Assembly: GCA_003213135.1 (NCBI GenBank)
Contig: QCNT01000004.1
Span: forward strand, 12,956-76,955
From: Pelagibacteraceae bacterium AG-426-I15
GTDB lineage: Bacteria; Pseudomonadota; Alphaproteobacteria; Pelagibacterales; Pelagibacteraceae
DNA length: 64,000 nt
Direction of reading: 5' to 3'
A program made the position numbers and the translations under genes. Of this stretch, positions 59,504-64,000 are shown piece by piece. The notes beneath the pieces are model-generated. The model saw nothing but the letters and a program-made list of their open reading frames with translations. It had not been told where the DNA came from and searched no databases. How positions within the stretch are numbered: position 1 is the stretch's first letter; each line of letters begins with the position of its first letter.

Positions 59504-60256
59504 TTGAGCCGCATTAATATTATGAGCAGCACAGTTGTTATAATCCCTTCTAGACTTCAGGCTAAAAGACTTCCCAATAAACCCCTTAAGATTATTAATC
59601 AAAAGGAAATGATTTTACATGTTCATAATTTGGCAATGGAATCTAAAGTGGGAGAAGTTTTAGTCACAACACCCGATAAAATTATTTTTGATCTTATAAT
59701 AAAAAATGGAGGTAAATCTTTTATTTCAAATAATATTCATGAGACTGGGACAGATAGAGTTTTTGAAGCATTTCAAAATTTCTACTCTAACAATCCCCAA
59801 ATTATTATAAATTTACAAGGAGACATGCCAAATTTAGATCCAAAAGATATTTCGAGAATAAAAAATTATATTCTTAAGGGTAATTGTGATATTTGCACTT
59901 TAGCATCAAACATAGAGAATTCTGAGGATATTAAAGATAAAAATATTGTAAAAGTTATAACTAAAAAAAGTATAAATAATGCAAATTTTTCCGAAGCTTT
60001 TGATTTTAAAAGAGAAGTTAGTAGAGAAGACGACAAAAATATTTATCATCATATTGGAATTTATGGCTTTACTAGTGAAGCTTTAATAAGATATGTAAAC
60101 TTGAAAAGAAGTAAGTTAGAGTTAGAGAGAAATTTAGAACAAATGAGGGCGATGGAAAATGGTATGAAAGTTCATGTTGGTTTTACAGACTCCAAGCCCT
60201 TAAGTGTCGATACAGAAAAAGATTTTTTAAAAATAAAAAAAGTTATGGAAAAATAA
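59504..60256 (+). CDS. kdsB: 3-deoxy-manno-octulosonate cytidylyltransferase (CMP-KDO synthetase)
   Basis: VVIIPSRLQAKRLPNKPL, TGTDR, NLQGDMP and HIGIYGF motifs. The likely true start is ATG 59522. Confidence 0.9.
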   Translation: MSRINIMSSTVVIIPSRLQAKRLPNKPLKIINQKEMILHVHNLAMESKVGEVLVTTPDKIIFDLIIKNGGKSFISNNIHETGTDRVFEAFQNFYSNNPQIIINLQGDMPNLDPKDISRIKNYILKGNCDICTLASNIENSEDIKDKNIVKVITKKSINNANFSEAFDFKREVSREDDKNIYHHIGIYGFTSEALIRYVNLKRSKLELERNLEQMRAMENGMKVHVGFTDSKPLSVDTEKDFLKIKKVMEK

Positions 60257-61101
60257 TGAAAAAAATCAAAATTGCATTCCAAGGAGAGATGGGAGCCTAT
60301 TCTCATTTGGCTTGCGAAGAACTTTTTCCAGGTAGCCCAATAAAAGCCTGCCCAACTTTTGAAGAAACTTTTAAAACAGCATATGAAGATGAAGATTATA
60401 AAATTGTAATTCCAATTGAAAACTCTTTAGCTGGGCGAGTAGCTGATATTCATTATTTATTACCAAAATATCAATTACAGATACATGCTGAACATTTTCA
60501 AAAAGTCGAACACAACCTTTTGGTAAAACATGATGCAGAGTTCAAAGATATAAAGTATGTAAGAAGCCATGCACAAGCAATAGACCAATGTCAAAAAATT
60601 ATTTTAAAAAATAAATTTAAAACAATAATCTCTGCTGATACTGCTGGATCTGCTAAAGATTTATCAAAAACAAATGATAAATCTATCGCAGCAATCGCAT
60701 CTAAACTTTCAGCAAAAATTTATAATCTAAAAATATTAATGAAAAATATCGAGGACGAAAGTCAAAATACAACCCGTTTTATAATTATGTCTAAAAAAAT
60801 TAATCAACCTGAGCATGATAAAAATAAAAAATATATTACTACTTGCACTTTTAGATTAAAGAGTATTCCAGCCGCGTTATATAAATGCCTAGGCGGATTT
60901 GCTACTAACCAAGTAAATCTAACAAAATTAGAAAGCTTTTCTGTAAAGAATACTTTTGATCAAACAAACTTTTATTTGGATTTAGAGGGACATATTGAAC
61001 AAAGACAAGTTCAAAAAGCATTAGAAGAACTGGGTTTTCATACTGAAAGTTTAAATATTTTAGGGGTTTACGAAGCCTCTGCTTTTAGACAAAAAAAATA
61101 G
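60256..61101 (+). CDS. pheA: Prephenate dehydratase
   Basis: IAFQGEMGAYSH, ENSLAGRV and TRF (ESRP-like region) motifs, plus a C-terminal ACT domain. Confidence 0.9.
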   Translation: MKKIKIAFQGEMGAYSHLACEELFPGSPIKACPTFEETFKTAYEDEDYKIVIPIENSLAGRVADIHYLLPKYQLQIHAEHFQKVEHNLLVKHDAEFKDIKYVRSHAQAIDQCQKIILKNKFKTIISADTAGSAKDLSKTNDKSIAAIASKLSAKIYNLKILMKNIEDESQNTTRFIIMSKKINQPEHDKNKKYITTCTFRLKSIPAALYKCLGGFATNQVNLTKLESFSVKNTFDQTNFYLDLEGHIEQRQVQKALEELGFHTESLNILGVYEASAFRQKK

Positions 61102-61124
61102 TCCACAAAACTCAGATTCAAGGC

Positions 61125-61154
61125 TTGTAGATTTCAATTTTATATTGATATAAT
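61125..61154 (+). promoter_or_regulatory. Candidate sigma70 promoter of the SRP RNA gene
   Basis: TTGTAG (61125-61130), an 18-nt spacer, then a perfect TATAAT (61149-61154). The predicted RNA 5' G is 6-7 nt downstream. Confidence 0.55.
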
Positions 61155-61159
61155 AATTT

Positions 61160-61248
61160 GGAGGCCATTCAGGCGATTTTAATATGTTCAATGTGTCAGG
61201 GTGTAAAAACAGCAGCACGGACTTTTGAAAGCGGGTTGTCTGGTCTCC
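61160..61248 (+). ncRNA. ffs: Signal recognition particle RNA (small 4.5S type)
   Basis: A single long hairpin. The 5' GGAGGCCA pairs with the 3' UGGUCUCC. The apex GUGU-CAGG-GUG-UAAA-AAC-AGCA-GCAC has the same layout as E. coli domain IV GGU-CAGG-UCC-GGAA-GGA-AGCA-GCC. It occupies the classic position immediately upstream of dnaX. Confidence 0.72.
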
Positions 61249-61252
61249 TGAT

Positions 61253-62935
61253 ATGAATAATAAAGACAATATAAAAATTTTGGCATTAAAATACAGGCCA
61301 AAAAAATTCAAAAGTCTAATTGGCCAAGAAGTAATTGCTGAAACAATTTTAAATGCCATAAGGATTGGCAAAACACCAAACGCTTATTTATTAACTGGAA
61401 TTAGGGGCGTCGGTAAAACGACCACAGCTCGTTTAATTGCAAAAGCATTAAATTGTTTAAAAAATCAAAATGAAAACAACTTATGTGACTCTAGTGACCA
61501 ATGTTCTCATTGTAAGGAAATACAGGATTCTAACCATATAGATGTTCTTGAAATGGATGCTGCCTCGAAAACAGGAATTGACGATATTAGGGAATTAATA
61601 GAAAATTCAAAATATAATCCCACAAGCGCAAAATTTAAAATTTTTATAATTGATGAAGTCCACATGCTTTCAAAACAAGCTTTTAATGGTTTGCTTAAAA
61701 CTTTGGAAGAGCCACCTAGTAAACTTAAATTTATATTGGCAACCACAGAGGTTAGAAAAATACCTGTAACAATTTTATCAAGATGCCAAAGGTTTGATCT
61801 TAAAAGAGTTAGTTTAGATAAAATTTTTGATCATTTAAAAGATATATTAAATAAAGAAAAAGGAAAAATATCTGATGATGCTTTAAAATTATTATCTAGG
61901 GCTTCCGAAGGATCTGTTAGAGACTCTATATCCTTACTAGATAGGGCTATAATTTTTCAAAGCTTAAATCCAAACCAAACACTTGAAGAGCTAGATGTTA
62001 GAAAGATGCTAGGTTTAGCGGATAAATCAAAATTAATTCAGCTACTAGAAAATGTATTTAAGGGTGAAGAGGCCAGTGCATTAAAAATTTTGAGAGAATT
62101 CATTGAAGAAGGCCTAGATGCAAAAATTTTTTTAAATGATATTTTAGAACTAATTTATTTGTTCAGCAGAAGAGTAAACCTAGGACCTATTGAGAAAGAG
62201 CTTTTTGTTTCTGAGTCTGAGCTAAAGTTAATAGACAAAGCTAGCCAGGGTCTTAAAATCCAAGATCTAGGTTTATTTTGGCAGTTAACTTTAAAAACTA
62301 TAGAGGATTTAAATATTACATCTAATGAAATAATAACTCTAGAAATGTTTGTAATACAGCTAGCACATGTGAAAAATATTGATGATAAATTTGAAGAAGA
62401 TGATATTTCGAATAAAGAAGTTGCAAAAGCAGTTGCAGATGAGAAAGTATCTTCAGATAACAAAAAAAACTTTAAACCGAGCAGTATTCTAAAAGAGCAA
62501 TTAAAAAATGTAGAACAGATCAAGACACAAGAAAAAAATGACTTGGAGACAAAAATTGTTACTTCAAAAACAACTCAAATAAAATCCCCCAAAGATTTAA
62601 TCTTCTTAGTTGAAAAAAATAGAGAAATAGAGCTAAAATATGACCTAGAACGAAACGTAAAAATTGCAAATTTTGAAGATGGAAAAATTAATCTAAACTT
62701 TAATGAAAATCTTAATAAAAATTTTATAAAAAGATTGTCCCAATGCTTATACTCATGGACAGGAAAAAGATGGATTATAAGTTTAAGTAAAGATGAAAAC
62801 ATTAAAACTATTTATCAAGAAAGAATTGACAGTAAAAAAAATTTTTTAGATAAAGAGAAAAAAAGTGATATTTCAAAAGAAATATTAAAAAATTTTCCTG
62901 ATGCAAACCTTATCGATGTGAAAAAAGATGAATAA
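61253..62935 (+). CDS. dnaX: DNA polymerase III subunit tau/gamma
   Basis: KYRP..F..LIGQE, GIRGVGKTTTAR, a Cys4 zinc module (C..C.HCK), DEVHML and SRCQRF motifs. Confidence 0.93.
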   Translation: MNNKDNIKILALKYRPKKFKSLIGQEVIAETILNAIRIGKTPNAYLLTGIRGVGKTTTARLIAKALNCLKNQNENNLCDSSDQCSHCKEIQDSNHIDVLEMDAASKTGIDDIRELIENSKYNPTSAKFKIFIIDEVHMLSKQAFNGLLKTLEEPPSKLKFILATTEVRKIPVTILSRCQRFDLKRVSLDKIFDHLKDILNKEKGKISDDALKLLSRASEGSVRDSISLLDRAIIFQSLNPNQTLEELDVRKMLGLADKSKLIQLLENVFKGEEASALKILREFIEEGLDAKIFLNDILELIYLFSRRVNLGPIEKELFVSESELKLIDKASQGLKIQDLGLFWQLTLKTIEDLNITSNEIITLEMFVIQLAHVKNIDDKFEEDDISNKEVAKAVADEKVSSDNKKNFKPSSILKEQLKNVEQIKTQEKNDLETKIVTSKTTQIKSPKDLIFLVEKNREIELKYDLERNVKIANFEDGKINLNFNENLNKNFIKRLSQCLYSWTGKRWIISLSKDENIKTIYQERIDSKKNFLDKEKKSDISKEILKNFPDANLIDVKKDE

Positions 62936-63248
62936 CTTTACAGATATACTTTCTAAAGCAAAACAAATGCAAGAAAAAATGAAAGAAGTTCAGGACAGTT
63001 TGAAGAATATAGAAGTTGAAGGTGTATCAGGGGGAAATCTAGTAAAAGTTACATTAAAAGGAAATTACGAGATGAAATCTATATTTGTTGATGAAAATGC
63101 TAAAAAAGAAAAATTTGAAGTAATAAATGATCTAATAATTGCAGCATACAATGACGCAAAAGATAAACTGAAAAAAAAAACGTCAGAAGAAATAGCAAAA
63201 GCAACTGGTATGCCCAATTTGCCTTTTGATATGAAGATGCCTTTTTAA
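62928..63248 (+). CDS. ybaB: YbaB/EbfC-family nucleoid-associated protein
   Basis: 106 aa with the MQEKM..VEG.SGGG.VKV..G motif, positioned between dnaX and recR. Confidence 0.88.
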   Translation: MNNFTDILSKAKQMQEKMKEVQDSLKNIEVEGVSGGNLVKVTLKGNYEMKSIFVDENAKKEKFEVINDLIIAAYNDAKDKLKKKTSEEIAKATGMPNLPFDMKMPF

Positions 63249-63254
63249 AATTAA

Positions 63255-63863
63255 ATGGACAATAACATTCCAGAAATAGACGAGCTGATCAAACAATTTT
63301 CTAAGTTGCCAGGTCTTGGACCAAAATCAGCAAAAAGAATAATTTTGAAACTAATTAATAATAAAGAGAATATGGTAAAGCCATTAGCTAAGTCTCTAGC
63401 AAATGTATATAAAACTATAATTCGTTGCGGAATTTGTGGTAATCTTAAAATTGTACATAAAAAATGTATTTGTGAAGATAATACCAAAAATTATGACAAA
63501 CTTTGTGTTGTTGAAAATTTAGCTGACATGTGGGTAATCGAGTCGTCTGATATTTTTAAGGGTCATTTTCATATTTTAGGAGGCACAGTAAATCCCAATG
63601 AAGATCACAACCAAAAAAATTTGTTAATGGACTCCCTTGTTAGAAGAATTAGAAATAACAATATCAAGGAGGTCATTATAGCTACTAGTGCAACAATCGA
63701 GGGACAAACAACTGCTCATTATATAGAAGATATAGTTAAAAATGGAAAAATTAAAGTTTCAAAGCTTGGACAAGGTCTACCAGTTGGAGGCGAAATAGAA
63801 CAGCTAGACGATGGAACATTAGTTTCAGCTTTTAAAAATAGAGTTCCAGTTTCTAGTGATTAG
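63255..63863 (+). CDS. recR: Recombination protein RecR
   Basis: [11 protein letters not shown] helix-hairpin-helix, Cys4 zinc finger (C..CGN...C.IC) and Toprim domain. Confidence 0.93.
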   Translation: MDNNIPEIDELIKQFSKLPGLGPKSAKRIILKLINNKENMVKPLAKSLANVYKTIIRCGICGNLKIVHKKCICEDNTKNYDKLCVVENLADMWVIESSDIFKGHFHILGGTVNPNEDHNQKNLLMDSLVRRIRNNNIKEVIIATSATIEGQTTAHYIEDIVKNGKIKVSKLGQGLPVGGEIEQLDDGTLVSAFKNRVPVSSD

Positions 63864-64000
63864 ATTTTCTTTCAAGTCTTCTTTTATGTAATAATGGTTC
63901 AGTATATCCCGAAGGCTGTTCTCTACCCTTGAAAACTAAGTCACATGCTGCCGCAAATGCTATTGATTTTTCAAAGTCTTTAGACATTGGCTGATAGTTT
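63853..64000 (-). CDS. 3' end of an unidentified convergent gene (extends beyond window)
   Basis: The - strand frame is open from the window edge to TAG (63855-63853). It reads ..[47 protein letters not shown]. The composition looks protein-like but I recognise no family. Confidence 0.3.
   Translation of the reverse strand, partial: NYQPMSKDFEKSIAFAAACDLVFKGREQPSGYTEPLLHKRRLERKSNH

Noticed and set aside
61060-61371. 103-aa - strand ORF spanning the pheA-dnaX spacer.
   Set aside because: It overlaps the pheA 3' end, the predicted SRP RNA and the dnaX 5' end. The RNA explanation accounts for the conservation-like structure.

Overview
The window is a very AT-rich, tightly packed bacterial chromosome segment. 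Most genes abut or overlap by 1-30 nt (ATGA or TAATG junctions), and I saw no IS elements, integrases, CRISPR arrays or prophage genes. Gene content and order look like a streamlined marine alphaproteobacterium of the SAR11/Pelagibacterales type. This rests on class I LysRS, the helicase-fdxA-carD and bolA/J-domain/cobS/cobT neighbourhoods, gltD-gltB order, a TAXI-TRAP transporter and ffs-dnaX-ybaB-recR. That is inference only; no database search was possible. Most of the window is core housekeeping: thrS-infC-rpmI-rplT-pheS-pheT-lepA, gltDB, aceEF, aroKB, def-fmt, kdsB, pheA, pyrD, lysK and rpmB. Two tRNAs (Arg-ACG, Ser-GGA) and a probable 4.5S/SRP RNA lie outside the ORF track. The only accessory-looking stretch is an envelope glycosylation cluster directly downstream of tRNA-Arg (17840-24023). 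Six points deserve a second look. (1) Five genes are broken by six single-base frame disruptions, all at A/T homopolymers and all equivalent to one extra base. Three of these genes are envelope genes. Sequencing artefact is the most likely cause, with transcriptional slippage or phase variation as alternatives. (2) A stand-alone promoter-SD-terminator unit encodes a 23-aa poly-Lys/Arg microprotein. (3) An AceE-type pyruvate dehydrogenase E1 carries an N-terminal lipoyl domain paralogous to that of the adjacent E2. (4) The SRP RNA and tRNA-Arg each end 1-4 nt before the start codon of the next gene. (5) An A8 tract in the dnaX linker has an immediate -1 frame stop. (6) A cobS/cobT-like AAA+/VWA pair sits with a J-domain protein and BolA. 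All functional calls come from motif recognition in the supplied translations, not from searches.
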